A DNA stretch of 64,000 bases from Tubulanus polymorphus. Lineage: Eukaryota; Animalia; Nemertea. The position numbers and the translations under genes were made by a program. A model generated the notes under the pieces. That model worked only from the letters and a program-made list of their open reading frames with translations, ran no database searches and was not told the DNA's origin. Below, piece by piece: positions 50,418 through 63,441 of the stretch (within the stretch, counting starts at the first letter, position 1; every line of letters begins with the position of its first letter). The stretch is from the NCBI RefSeq assembly GCF_964204645.1, contig NC_134027.1:24576560-24640559 (forward strand). The letters run 5' to 3'.

Positions 50418-51853
50418 GGTTTACCTAGCATTTGGATTTGGGAGGGGGTAGAGAAACCCAAAAAGGGGAAGTTCTATATGATATAACAATAACATTTGCA
50501 AAAAGAACACTTTCCAAGATTTCTTGAGGCAACTGCCCCTCCCCTACCCCGCTCTCTACGGCCCTGTAATGTGAAGTTGAGATCCGCAAACATGTCATTA
50601 TCTAGTTTTTAGTTAGCATAATATCCCGATAACTGACAATCAGTTTTACTACTCATTTTGCCGAGCCATACGTGGATGTTTCTATCATTTATCAATATTG
50701 TTCATTTATTCTTGTTTTTACTAATACATCGATTTACAGAAATTATCGTTATATTAGAACGACTAATCGATTTTCCAAATAACACAAGGCTAGTTCATCC
50801 AGGGTCCTTTTAAAACCCGAGATAACCCGATAACCCTATATCGCTTTAATTCGTTGCAGATATTCATTACGCTGATTTTTTGTAAGCATGTATTTGTTTT
50901 ACCGCTAGTCTAGACTACTGACGGTCGGAGTTGAAAAGAAAACTTTAAATGAACATGATATTAGTATTAAATTTCACCAAATCTTTGTATCTTAATGACA
51001 TATATCGGGTGGCCCGGAAAGTGAAGATAACATACAGTGAAACCTAGTGAATACGAATCTTGTGGGCAAAAATCAAATTGTCGTATTAAACGGTTTGTCG
51101 TATGACAAAAATCTTGATTGATATAAATATTCTAGCTGGAACATGCTAGAAACTAGTGTAATAAACGGATTTCGTATTAAACAGAATCATATTAACGAAG
51201 TTCAACTGTACAAGCTTTTTAACAAGCATTTCCCAGCAATAGAATGATTAAATTCATTCATATTTGCAACGAATGAAATTAGAATATCATCTTCCGACAG
51301 GTCCGCGGAAAGAGATCGCAAGCAAATTGGAGCATTCTTCTCAAATTGATAAAAAAAATGTAATATATCATTTTGAATCATGAAGCTCAAATTGTACAGC
51401 TTCTTTTGCATTTTTGACACGCTATTTTGAATTATGAGAACACGGTAAATAATTTGCAACCGATCTCGTAGATATTTTTGCGGGCTTTTTGACGATACCC
51501 TAAGGTTATGCTGTGAAAATCTTCGATGAATTTGGCTATTCTATTGCCGATTGAATATATTGTAAAAAAACGCTTCTTTTTTTCTGGGGCACATAACAAA
51601 GAATATAAAACGTACAGAAATAAAAACCAGAATTGTATACATTCATTGTACATAAAAAATCGCTTTGAAATAAACCCGTTTGCTGGTTCTTATGTATTTC
51701 TGTTAAAAGCATGACTTGTATTTTTAATCGAAAAACCATTGTTTCGTTACTAGAAGAGATGAATACGCATTTATACGATTATCACAAATAACTCGGTCCC
51801 ATTAGGCCGGATTTACAAGGGAAAAACGCCGGACGCCTTGACATGTTTGTAAT

Positions 51854-51973
<120 letters not shown>

Positions 51974-54030
51974 GATGCATCGACTCGCTACAAGCCATTT
52001 AATCAGTTTGATAAATGAGTTTGCGGTTTTTTCTTCAATTGCATTAGAGACAGTGATGGAAAACAGCAAAGACCAATTTTTTCAATTTGGAAGAACGCCA
52101 CATCTTGAGATAATTGGTCGCAGATTCTGCGATAATAAATATCCAAGGGCAATAGTTGCTAAAAAAAAAGTTAGAAGTTTTGATTGTCACTGGGTTTATC
52201 GACTGATCCATTCCATAGATCTGAATTAAGTTTGAATATAGAGAGTTAATGTTAGTTCATTTTCAAATACTTTACTCTAAAAACAAGCCACTATGTACAT
52301 TTTGAAATGTACATGACGTAATTTGGTACTATTTCAGGAAGGCTTCCCTGACATCGATTTCTGTACATAATTTTGGAGTTAAGATTTTGAATCCAACCAA
52401 TTGAAAATGAGCTGATCTAAGCTGCTAACTATTTACAGCTGTTGTCGAACCAATAGCTGTTGTCGAACCGGTCAGGTAACGACAAACGATTTCAAAATGC
52501 CTCCCCCGCCCCGAATGGGTCATGTTTTACGAAGCTTAAGTTAATATAGTCAGTTACCACCAGTGGCAAGTACCTCTTATTTCTAATGACACGATAAAAA
52601 CCAACCAAACCCTGAGAAGATTATTTTGGAATAGATTTTGTTAGCCAGCATTTTATAACTGGTCCCTGGTGGTGGTCAACCTATTGTGAACGCAGACTAT
52701 ATGCTAATAGTCAGATTTTACTCGTAAAAGTAGTTTGAAATAATTTATCTAAAGTCAGAACTGACTGAGCTGTTTCCATTGATACATAATAAAAACATTT
52801 TTAAACAAAACCTTGAACCGATTACACAGTTCCACGGAATAGTACTGTATTTACAACAGCAACAACAACAACAAAACCTGTTTTATTTCCTAAAACTGGC
52901 AAGAGGTTGTAAGTCACGTGACTAACGAAGGGCCCCTGACAACGTGTCAAACATGATTTACAAACCAGTCCATTCGCAAACAAGTCAGCCGTAAAACGGG
53001 ACGCTTCGTCGCATCCAACTCATTATCTTATTACATCTATCTCGCAGAAAAAAGGTATGTATTGTCGTTTTTTTTTCGTGTTTTTTTAAGCGAATTTTTT
53101 CGCTTCTCATCGTATGGAAATTTCCTGCAAAGAATGAAATCCAGTAGTTTATTTGTCAACATCAATATGTACAAAATTAATGATGGTGATTGGAATAGAA
53201 TACAAACAGCGAGGTGACAGAAGCCTGAGCTGAGCCATAGAAGCTGTATATTCAAAAGAATGTTCAGACACCTTGATACAAACATGAAAAAATTAAGGAA
53301 AAAATGAAAAAGGATGAAATAATGAAAAATTAAGATAGATTTATATCATGCAGAACTATATCTAACCGAATTAAAATTGTTTGATAATGTACATTAATCA
53401 AGTATTTACATCTCGAATTAATAGTTTTATTTTGTTCATATCAAAAACGTGGCGTCGAAAATCTCCTCTCAAGGTTTCGTCAGTTAAGCATTGATTTGAT
53501 AATTGAAATTTTAAATCGTGCACTAAATCTCGCCTAACGCAGACGCGGCTAACTCTTTCGACTAAATCGGGTCTAATAAATGAAATCATTGTTTTGACTT
53601 CCTAACGTATTTTCATATCCTCAACGCGGACTTCGATTAGCTCGGACCAATTTTGCCGGTCCAAATCAAGTCCGATGTTGATCTTAAAATAGGGATTGTC
53701 CCCATTATTTATTCATTTGGCTGGCAAATTTTGTTTGATTTTTCGATTGAGTGTCCCTTACAGACCCACCACACCTGCCGGGATCGAAACAGGGGGTTTT
53801 TAACTGTACGGTGAATTTGGTTGGACGTATGAAATAAAAGTTTTTCGAGCAAGGGACTGCGGAGCTAATTGGAATTCAATTAAACACAAGTGAAAATTAT
53901 CCCAGCAATGGGGACCTCGAGGGACCGCCGGAAATTAGCGCCTAGAAACTGGAAACTTCTTTATCATGTGGCATTTTTGCATTTAAATCGAAGATATTCA
54001 TCGAAAAAGCTCTAACGTTTCAGTTGAATC

Positions 54031-54339
54031 ATGTCTGACGGACCGAAAGACCATCTGATCTGGGCGATATTTATGCTGATACTATGTTGTTGGCCGTTCG
54101 GAATACCGGCGGTTGTATTCGCTGTCAAGACAAGAGAGGAGATCAGAGATGGAAACATGGAAAAAGCCGAAAAATGCTCGAAAAAGGCTAAAAAATGGTG
54201 CATCGTGGCTTTGGTGTTAGGAATTATATTTCACCTTGGCTGGATTATCGCTGTAGCCGTGATAATGTCTGGACTTACTGCTTTCGGAGTAGCCGTCGGA
54301 AATGCAGCAAATGCAGCAGCAGCAGCAGCATCAGGGTAA
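54031..54339 (+). CDS. CD225/dispanin-family membrane protein, 102 aa, single coding exon
   Basis: PKDHLIWAIFMLILCCWPFGIPAVVFAVKTRE...GNMEKAEKCSKKAKKWCIVALVLG fits the CD225 signature (P.D.L..., CC..., G..A...S..A). An acceptor tttcag just upstream of the ATG suggests a 5' UTR intron. Confidence 0.93.
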   Translation: MSDGPKDHLIWAIFMLILCCWPFGIPAVVFAVKTREEIRDGNMEKAEKCSKKAKKWCIVALVLGIIFHLGWIIAVAVIMSGLTAFGVAVGNAANAAAAAASG

Positions 54340-54694
54340 ACTTGCGCTCTTTTTGATTAGGAGATTTGAAATCAATGCAATATATATGCGAACATCGTTG
54401 CAGTATCCGCATACAATTATAAAACTTTAAGATAGGGACGAAGTAACAACGAAATTAATCTAAACTTTAAGTAAGAAAATGATGTTAACCGCTCCAACCC
54501 CCACAATATTGTCGACTATCAACAAAATCTACTTTACCGCCTTCAGCGATTTCTTGGAAACGAACTTCACCGTTGCAGAATAGCTATTCGTTATAACAAA
54601 TAGCTCGTAGTTCGATATATCCACGCGCTATAGGGGATTATTGGAATCGACCTTGGTTGATCATTATAATCAATTATCAAGTTATAGTAATTAA

Positions 54695-54799
54695 CAGGGG
54701 CGGATTCGAATGCATTTTTCATCGAATATGAAAAGAAAATCATATCTACGATAAAATGCGCTCGGCCCCCCTCTGTTCAGATTTCTGGATCCGCACCTG
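54695..54799. mobile_element. Short hAT-type MITE sharing its TIR with 13668-14512
   Basis: caggggcggattcga ... tctggatccgcacctg; flanks attaa / ataaa. Confidence 0.65.
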
Positions 54800-56904
54800 A
54801 TAAACGTATAAATGGAAAAAAAAATATTAAGTTACTTTTTTGTTTTGGATGTTATTTGAAGTTTGTAATAACCGACACATCGATATTTCCGAGGTTGTTG
54901 AGTGTTCTGCAATGCCTATTTTGTATATAACCTTTGTTGAATAAACTCCCATCATTGCTTACTCGCTGCTGCAATCTACAGTAGAAGTTTATTTTTGATA
55001 GTTTTTTAAGACGTTTTATTAAATGAAATAAATATTCCATCAGTTTAATCAAGTCTATAAAACTTGTATTTTTAACCGGTCACGGTGTGGATTTCTTTTT
55101 TAAACCAAAAGCATACGACGCAGGGAAACACGGGAACATGTGACAGAAACATGCTTTCGAGCGTTTACGAGAAACATGAATCATGGATTCGGGAATGTTT
55201 CCAAGATCGTACATTGTAGCATTTTGTGTTTCTATGTTTCCTTGCGTTGTGCTTTTACGGCCTTCTAGATCGACGAATTTCAGACCGGCTTCAAACGCGA
55301 TTTCTTAGTTCGACTATAGTTGTTGATTGGAATTTAGTTACAAATCCATCATGATTGTTTCTTTTCCGACTTGAGGCCTTAAAATGAGCACTATAGGACT
55401 CGACGTTACGAATCTTAAGTCTCTCCCAGACGTCAGATCCATGCCTTATCCAAACAGACGTGTACATAAATGCAGGGTGATAGGAAATAAGCCGATTTAT
55501 AAGGAGCCCGCAGCCGGTTTTGCGTCGTTTGGTACCAGGGATACCAAGGGATACCGGTAACCATTGGTATCTTAGTCAATAGATGAATAAACAACAAGCG
55601 ATAATCATTGAGCATACGCGAGAATAAAAAACACTATACGCCTGTATGCTGTAGCCGTTCGACAAGGTAAGTCTAATTCATCTTTCTATGTAAAACTGAT
55701 AAGCGGGATGAAGCGGGACTCGTTAACTCGTCGACCAGGGTCCCAGTTTCATTAAGAAATGCCCGCAGCTCGTGACTGACCGCTGTTTTTCTGTAGATCC
55801 CAGCAAAACACACTCTCCAAGCTTAACCACACTAATCGCATAGTTCAACGTAATTCAATATAAGATTCGGTCTTACAATTTAAGATATAGGAATTTAAAT
55901 TTACATCATATCATTTTCTCGAATGGCTGGGGTTTGATCTGTCAATTTTCGGGAATTCGAAGGCAGTTCCACCCATCAAAATCGTTTGAATATAGTAGGT
56001 CTAGAAATTGAACTCGACAACAGCCGCCGTGTTCTGTATTAATATGATATCTATGTCTCTCTCTTGAATCTGACGACGCAACAGTGCTGGACAAAGAAAA
56101 CTGCGTTAGCATGTTTTTGCACTGTGTCACTTCAGTACGTTCTATTTATATACGTTGCTATGTTGGCAACGGTAACAAACATGGTAACGATTGAAATACA
56201 CAAGGCCAAACCCCAAACAAGATTGAATGAATACATAGGCCGTTCATATCTAAAATGTGAATAACCTAATCGCGCTATTTTATGAAATTGTCATATTATA
56301 TTATGTATTGGAACGTTCGTTCACGTTGCCTGATTGAAACGAAAGACCTCAAAAAAACATTGTAGATCAATAAAGTCATCTACTGAAATATCTTCAACGG
56401 TACAGATTTAAGATTTATTAATTTATTGCTCCAGAAATCATACGATTTACAGTTATACAAATACAGTTACTCCAGTAAAATTTACAATATACAGTAACAA
56501 TATAGAGTTCGCACAATTAATACAGAGGCCGATAGTATCAATTAAATATCCACGTCCTCATTAGGTTTTCATTACAAACATATTATGTACTATAAAACCG
56601 TACTGTAATTATGTTAAAATCAATATTGTCTTTATCTCTTTAATCCTAACCGTTCACTTCACTCAGCACTGGTCATTTGGGCTTTCTTCTACTGACGTCT
56701 GGCCATTGTCGATATAAATTCACGCCCCTCTATCCCTCACTCTCTTTCTCTTTGGCTCTCGTTTCGATAATGATCGAATCAAGCCCTCAATTATTACAAT
56801 ATCGTTTGAGTTTGGTGTCTTTCTGAGCTGGTATCAATATCATTATACACGCAATTAACACGTGTGTGCACAGATATGGCTAGATGAGGCCATGTGCCTT
56901 TTTC

Positions 56905-56975
56905 ATAAATACTGTAGCTTCCTTAAGATGTTTGGGTCCTGTGATGTAAAAAGATTCATGAAGTTACCTACAATG
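56905..56975 (-). mobile_element. Possible LINE ORF2 C-terminal remnant (NFMNLFTSQDPNILRKL)
   Basis: Peptide resembles the C-terminal tail of CR1/L2-group ORF2; short and recognised from memory only. Confidence 0.3.
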
Positions 56976-57469
56976 CCACAAAAGCAAACGGAAGAAATCA
57001 TAACCATAATCACATAATTCATAACGCGTAATACAGAATAGCTAATACATAATACATAATGCATAATACACAATACTGTATTTTGGATGTACGAAACCCG
57101 GAGATAATTAAAAAAATCACACATAGGTATTTGAAAGCATTCTTTTTGCTACGCGTAATTCTCGTTCTGTGTCTTACTTACTTCATGCCTCGAAAACCGC
57201 TAACTACGTCCATTAATACTGATACAGAAATCTGCTCAATTTACTACTTCTCTCACGAATAAAAACCCCGTTTTTTGTCATACCTTCACAGCTGATGACG
57301 ATCTCTATAAGGAGAGATTTTGAAGCGTCGCATCATTTTTATTTTGCTTTTTGGCAAATAACATCTGTTTTCAATCTTTAAATATCATTCGAATATCTGA
57401 CGCCTCTGATTTCATATTATTTATTTGTTTTTTTTTTCAATTATCTTTTAAACATACAGCTTCGAGAAA

Positions 57470-57473
57470 ATGG
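57470..57473 (+). CDS. PRRT1-like dispanin, start-codon micro-exon (ATG G; exon 57460-57473)
   Basis: atacag acceptor, then cttcgagaaaATGG|gtaagt; phase 1 matches the next exon. Confidence 0.8.
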
Positions 57474-57981
57474 GTAAGTTTACAATCTAGTCGTTTTAAT
57501 TTCCATTGGCATATCACCAGAACTTGTCTAAGGGGTCACGAATTTGTGAGGAGTGGGAGTCCGAGCGCCGAAGCTTCGATTCGATCCAGTAGTGGGATCA
57601 CCCAAACGAAATTTTGGAAATAATAAGCCAATCAATAATAATCAAGCCAAGAGAATGTAGACATAAGTCAGACAAAAACTTCAATTTCAAAAAGGGGGCG
57701 TGTGCATCCACTGTCCGCAACTGCCGGTGACCCCCGTGACTCCCGGAAAAAAACACTTTTAAGTAGTATTGTATAGTCCTCATGTTTCTTGTCTATCTAT
57801 GTATTGTCGTAATTCTAAAAGCGATCGATGTGTCGATTTTTATTTTTTGCGCTTTCGATATTAAATCGAATCTTGTTTGCAGTTTACTGAAGACAATTTC
57901 CGAGTTTTGGCGAACGAACTAAAAGAGGTATACATGGCGTTACTAGCTTTTACTTTATGCGATGATTTTAACTGATTTCAG

Positions 57982-58490
57982 ATGAAAAACCTCCCGGATA
58001 CGCGGGTAGTCCTACTCCGCACGGAGAGCCAGCACCGCCCGGACAACCGTACGGACAACCGCCACCACCCGGACAACCGTACGGACAGCCACCACCGCCC
58101 GGACAACCGTACGGACAGCAACCACCACCTACGGGAGGTTACGGGGCGTTCGCGGCACAGCCAGCTACTACCGTCGTTGTCCAACCGGCCATAATTAACG
58201 ACCCTCCAAACGACTACCTTATCTGTTCGATACTCGCGTTGATCTTTTGCTGTTGGTGTTTCGCTATCCCGGCTGTAATACACGCCTGTAGCAGCCGAGA
58301 TGCGGCCAGAGCGGGCGATCTGAACGGCGCTTTACACAACTCGTCAAAGGCCAAAACCTGGATGATCGTGTCGCTGGTGACGGGCATTCTGTTGCATCTC
58401 ATCTGGTTCATCGTCGTCATACTAGTCTTTGTAGTGGGAGTCGGTATCGCATCTGCGGCCAACGACTTAAGTAAAAGCATTAATGGTTAA
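57982..58490 (+). CDS. PRRT1-like (proline-rich transmembrane) CD225/dispanin protein, main exon; spliced product 170 aa
   Basis: gatttcag acceptor; (M)DEKPPGY...(PPGQPYGQP)x3...TTVVVQP...DPPNDYLICSILALIFCCWCFAIPAVIHACSSRDAARAGDLNGALHNSSKAKTW, then a TM segment; TAA at 58488-58490. Confidence 0.93.
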
Positions 58491-58989
58491 ACGACGAAGA
58501 GGAATATCAATCGAGTCCTGCCTTTTTGAGAAATTCGTGTACATCAATGGAACACGTACTTTATCCGGCCACTTCTAATTAACTACCTCTTTCTACAACG
58601 ATTTATGCATGAAAAGGAATTTGGATTAATTCTGATTTGGAATTTATGTGGTTGTTTTGAATTCGCCGAAATGTCATACAGTCGTTTCTTCTTCGTCCGT
58701 TGTGACTACCGTCCAAGTGCACGTTAGTTCCGATTTACATATTTTCTGTTCACAACTTCGAGACTGCTTTTATAAACCAGTTTAACCGTTAACTATAGAT
58801 CCAAAACCGAAGCGAAGATAAAGATAGCACCGTCCGGGAGTGATTCGATAATAAACGATTATAGATTACTTGACTGTATATCACATTACGTACTTTATTT
58901 GACAACAATTAAGAAATTGATGGAAAAAATAAATCAGAACCCTGTAATAATCGTAAACCGCAGATACAGCGCACATTGATTTAAATGTC

Positions 58990-59310
58990 CAGAACACATT
59001 GGATATATCATACTTTGCTTAAGTATCTCAATAATACTGTTTGTCACCTGAGTTTGTGAGAGGCCCCAAAATCGAGCCTTGCGGTACTCCACATTCAACA
59101 GCATTATCGTTTGAGAAAGATTATTATACTTCACATACATTTCACATTGTGTTAGAACTGGCAATATCCCGAACACCGTCCAGGATACCTTTCGTACCAG
59201 AATTACTTTTGAAACATATTGAATCGAGGAAAAATAAATATATATACATATCATATCACATCATCGTATCAGGACTAAATCTAATAGAACAATACGAACT
59301 ATTTTTAACA
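58990..59310 (-). mobile_element. Degraded LINE (CR1/L2 group) reverse-transcriptase fragment
   Basis: Minus strand near 59058-59099 encodes VECGVPQGSILGPL, preceded by frameshifted remnants IVLLDL, GVRDIA and MYVKYN. Confidence 0.85.
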
Positions 59311-59980
59311 TCACAGTAGAAAATGTTGAAAATGTAGTTAGAGACAAGACAATGTATGAGTATTATTTAAGTAAAGTCATAAGTTCGTTAACGCCGTTTT
59401 TAATACCGTTGCTCGCTTGACGAGCACAAATTTGCCAAATCTAACTCAATTTCAATGAAAATATGCCATTCATTGTGACGCTGCCATTTTCAGTTATAAC
59501 GCCATGTTTTCCACTCATTCCAACATTGAGTTATCACAAATAACGCTGCCTGTAGTTATTGGCGATGTAAGATTTGAGGTCTTCAGAGACCGCGTATGGT
59601 CGATTTGAATTATGCAAACCAAATTCTATTGAGAAAAATATGGTGCAATCATTTGGGATAAAAAGACTTCTGTGTTTGATTATTTTGAAGAAAAAAATGT
59701 CCTTTTACAGGAAGTTACTCATTTACCCGATGTAGTTGATGTGCACTCTAGTTGTGAAAGATCCAAATCTAGTTAACTTTCAAAGTACTAACTATCTGTC
59801 CGTTTAACTGATTTGAAAAAAAACCGTGCATGATTTTTTGGTTATGCTAATTTTCATACCTATTGATTCGTAAGGTGTTTTAGAATATCGAACAATATCT
59901 CCTTCTAGAAATACACTAAAACATTAGCGATTTAACCCTATTGAAAATATACACAATAATCGATGACGTATATCAGATAT

Positions 59981-60958
59981 CTATTTACGTGTACACAATT
60001 CGCGGACGCATTTTCGGAACTCGGCGCCGATCAGATACAAGTAGAAATTGACGGCATAGTTGATCATCATGATGCACACTGCAGCGTGGTGAAACTTGCT
60101 CAATTGAGGAATCTCGTCGATCGACGCCAGTCCTAGCATGATAGTTACGATCGCAATCGGTATATTCACCAATATAAAGGTCGTCGTGACCGTCAAAAGC
60201 ATATTCGTCACTTTAGTACTCGACGCGTTCTTAGCCGACATTTTCGAGCGTTTTAACACGACTACGATGATCAAGTTGAACAAGATGACGCCGCTTATCG
60301 GAATGTAACAGGCCATGACCGTAGCCGTGTTGTAGTGATCCGGCAACGGTACGGCCGTCGCCAGATAGCAGCCGTCCCCGGACCAAAATTCGATGTACAA
60401 CATCAAGTAGATCGTAGAACCCCAGACGATAACGAACGTGGCTAGAGAAATGATCGTGGCGGTTTTACGACTCGCGATGAAGCGGGCGGCGAACGGCAAC
60501 GAGACCACGATGGCTCGTTCGAGCGATAAAGCGCATACCAACCACGCGCTGTAGGTCAGACAACTATGCAGGAAGTACTCGCTCACTTTGCAGCCCCATC
60601 TTTCGGTGAAAATGATCGGTAACGGTTTGCCGGCCACTAGGGCGACCCGGTTGACCCAGATCATGACGCTGCCGCTCAGACAGCCCATGTCGGACACGGC
60701 CAGGAACAGTAAATACACGCTGTAGGAATGCTTCTTCATCGACGTACAAGTCATCGTTAGGAATGACAGCGTATTACCGACGGCGCCGAATACGAATATG
60801 ATTCCGAACAAAATCACTAACACCCATTGTAGCCACATCGGGATGTGGTCCTTAGCCCGCATTTCTATCATATAAGTCCAAAATTCCAAATGTTGAAAGT
60901 CGGCCGGCGGGATAGGGCCGAAACCTCCAGAAGCGTTGGTGCTATGGTTGCTATTCAT
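59981..60958 (-). CDS. Intronless class A GPCR, peptide-receptor-like (FMRFamide receptor / GPR139-142-like group), 325 aa
   Basis: Seven hydrophobic segments; TM1 GN, TM2 LAVSD, TM3 C...SAWLV..LSLERA, TM6 F....IP, TM7 NYAVNFYLY; N-terminal sequons NHS and NAS. Confidence 0.93.
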   Translation of the reverse strand: MNSNHSTNASGGFGPIPPADFQHLEFWTYMIEMRAKDHIPMWLQWVLVILFGIIFVFGAVGNTLSFLTMTCTSMKKHSYSVYLLFLAVSDMGCLSGSVMIWVNRVALVAGKPLPIIFTERWGCKVSEYFLHSCLTYSAWLVCALSLERAIVVSLPFAARFIASRKTATIISLATFVIVWGSTIYLMLYIEFWSGDGCYLATAVPLPDHYNTATVMACYIPISGVILFNLIIVVVLKRSKMSAKNASSTKVTNMLLTVTTTFILVNIPIAIVTIMLGLASIDEIPQLSKFHHAAVCIMMINYAVNFYLYLIGAEFRKCVRELCTRK

Positions 60959-63249
60959 CTTGGTTTGCTTTTAGATTCAGTCTCACCTTAGTTGATAGTC
61001 AAAGATATACTAAAAACCGCAAAGCCGTGATAGTATTATTCCCTGAATTAATTAGGTTCGTAAGTTCGTTAATTCGGGAATTTGTAAACCAACGGACTCG
61101 ATTTACGCCGCGAAAGAGATGTGTATCCCTTGAATGATGCAATAGTTTATGTTCGGAGGTATATATACCAACAACCAACAAAGCGGCGATAATAACCGCG
61201 ACTTCTACATCAGTCCGGAAAGTGAAATTATGAATTCACCACAGTTGCCGAGGTATTTATATTGCGAACACTTACGCATCGGGTAACGATTCTGTAAAGT
61301 TCAAGTGGAGTGAAATTTCACAGAGTCAATTTAGCAGTTGTAATATATGGTTAATTTATTTGTTTACTGCCCGTTGAGGTCTTTCGATGGATATCGACCG
61401 GTTCGATTAACCGACGGGGTTTGACCGTAATATCAATTACAATACGGTTAATTTCCTAACTCTATGACTGTAAACTGAGACTGTTCTGTGTTCTGGCTGT
61501 AAGGGGCGGCGGTGTTCCTTTCACCAAACCTCAAACCACGAAATTACGAATCGACTTAACGGGGGCACGTGATCTGGCAGGGCGGATTCAAGGGGATGTG
61601 CAGGGATGCGCCCCTTAAAAATGTCCGAGTTGCCCTGAAACCTCACCAGCATTCACGGTTTTGTAGTTTTTTAGTGCAGTTCGTGACTGCGGATTGTAAT
61701 TGAACGGACTTCTGTGCCCGAGGTGACCAGAGAGAAGCTTAATGAGAAGGAAAGCATGCCGATTCGAATTATGTAACGATTTTTAAAGAAGCGATGTTTG
61801 AGAATACTGCGAGTGCAGTATCGCGAAATGCCATCATGTTCGAATCCAAGTCTTGCGCGCAATATCGTAGTCCAAATTCTCAGTCGCTTTCGATCCTTGA
61901 CTGTGCAAAATATTTTCAAACACCCCGCCCGTAAATCCAGAAAAATAACAAACAAATACAACACGAGGAAATACTTTTCTAGTAGTTTTATTTCAAATTT
62001 TAAAATGGAATGGATGATAAAAGGTGTGGTCCAAAACCATATTTTACAGAGAAAGTCAGTTGTGCTTAGAATTGACGGTTGACGAAAGTCACCCCTTTAA
62101 AGTAACCCTAACCCTTTATATGAGACATTCTGTATATACATCAAAGCCAAGTCTGACTGCGGCAGGAAATGCCCACTATCTGCCCCAAATAATATTTTTA
62201 TCTAATCCAACCCGGGCTACTGCGAGCTCTATGACACATTTCACTGCGAGCTCACATCATTTTGATTCGTGTAGTTATGGATTCCAGCGGACACAACAAG
62301 TGTCACAAAATATTTTACCTAATTCAGAATAGTTGGATTTTCTTTATTAATATCGCAGATAGTGATTTCAGTTATTCCCGTTACCAGGACGGAGACTAAA
62401 TGACTTGCCATAACCATTCGCTACGCAACCTTTTCAAGGAAAAATGTATCTATTCCTCTAGCACCAAAAAATGCAGAAGCTACTGATTAACCCGCGTTGT
62501 TACAAGAAACTAACAGCGAATGGAGAGTTTAAGTAGCTGTATAATTATGCTTTTATGTTATCGCTCTTGTTCATACCTTTGGCTACACTTATTTTCCTCA
62601 CAGATTCAACGACTCATTACTACTAGACTTAGCCGCGATCGCACGAGCGTGTTTGGCTAACCGTTCACGCGGGAGCCAAGTGGGCCCGGGCCTGTTTGAC
62701 CAGGTACAAATTGGCCACGACCAAAAACCGTCAGACCATACTCGAGCCAAACTTAAGCAGGGGTCAAATTAAGGCGCACGAATGCCAACTGGTTCCGGAA
62801 GTAGCTCACTTTGTCACGGCATCGTGTAGTAACGAGTTAGCGTGTGGTTTGCGTGTGAGAGCGCTAGTTTTTTGGCACTATACCAAATTTGACTCGGGTC
62901 TGCTTGTGGACATTTTGTCCCGGGCCAAATCATCCTCGTGTGATCGCGGTTACAGAGTTTCTGGAAACGACTTAAACAGTCACCCATGGCACAGTTTCAC
63001 AAAATTTTTGGTGTAATCGCCATTGGTTACTTCATGTTTTCAATGGGGACAACAACAATTCAAATCTCACCGTTTTAGGTTTAAACTTTTTCGTGAAACT
63101 GGGCCCCAAGAATTTGGCACCTAAGTGAGGAAAGTGCCCTCTGAGTCAGTAGTTAACAGTACCGGACAATTTTACGAAATCTAAGTTATTTGATATGTCG
63201 TTAAAAATGTCGTTAAAAATGGAAGAAAACATTCATTTGTTCATCTAAT

Positions 63250-63441
63250 TCATTTCTTGTCGAAGTTTTCAGCTGCTCTGACGGCTTCGGCTATCTCGTG
63301 TTTAGTCAGTATACCGAGCGATTCGACCGACGTTAACAGTTGACCTCTGGCGTTTCCGGCGAATTGATTCAGCAGGAACATCGGCAAACCTCGTAGATTA
63401 TCGCCCATCGTGTACAGCGGCACTCGAACCGGTCCTAACAC
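63250..63441 (-). CDS. Probable terminal coding exon of an unidentified gene continuing beyond the window
   Basis: Strong minus-strand acceptor tctgttttttttcttgtttcag, GC-richer coding-like sequence, phase 0: VLGPVRVPLYTMGDNLRGLPMFLLNQFAGNARGQLL...ENFDKK*. Confidence 0.7.
   Translation of the reverse strand: MLGPVRVPLYTMGDNLRGLPMFLLNQFAGNARGQLLTSVESLGILTKHEIAEAVRAAENFDKK

Noticed and set aside
57883-57927. 45-nt AG..GT-bounded candidate exon inside the PRRT1-like intron
   Set aside because: Immediate in-frame stop (GTT TAC TGA), weak donor, and only a 54-nt downstream intron.
57978-58480. Overlapping ORFs 57982-58194 (+), 57978-58283 (-) and 58214-58480 (-)
   Set aside because: Alternative-frame and antisense shadows of the real dispanin exon.
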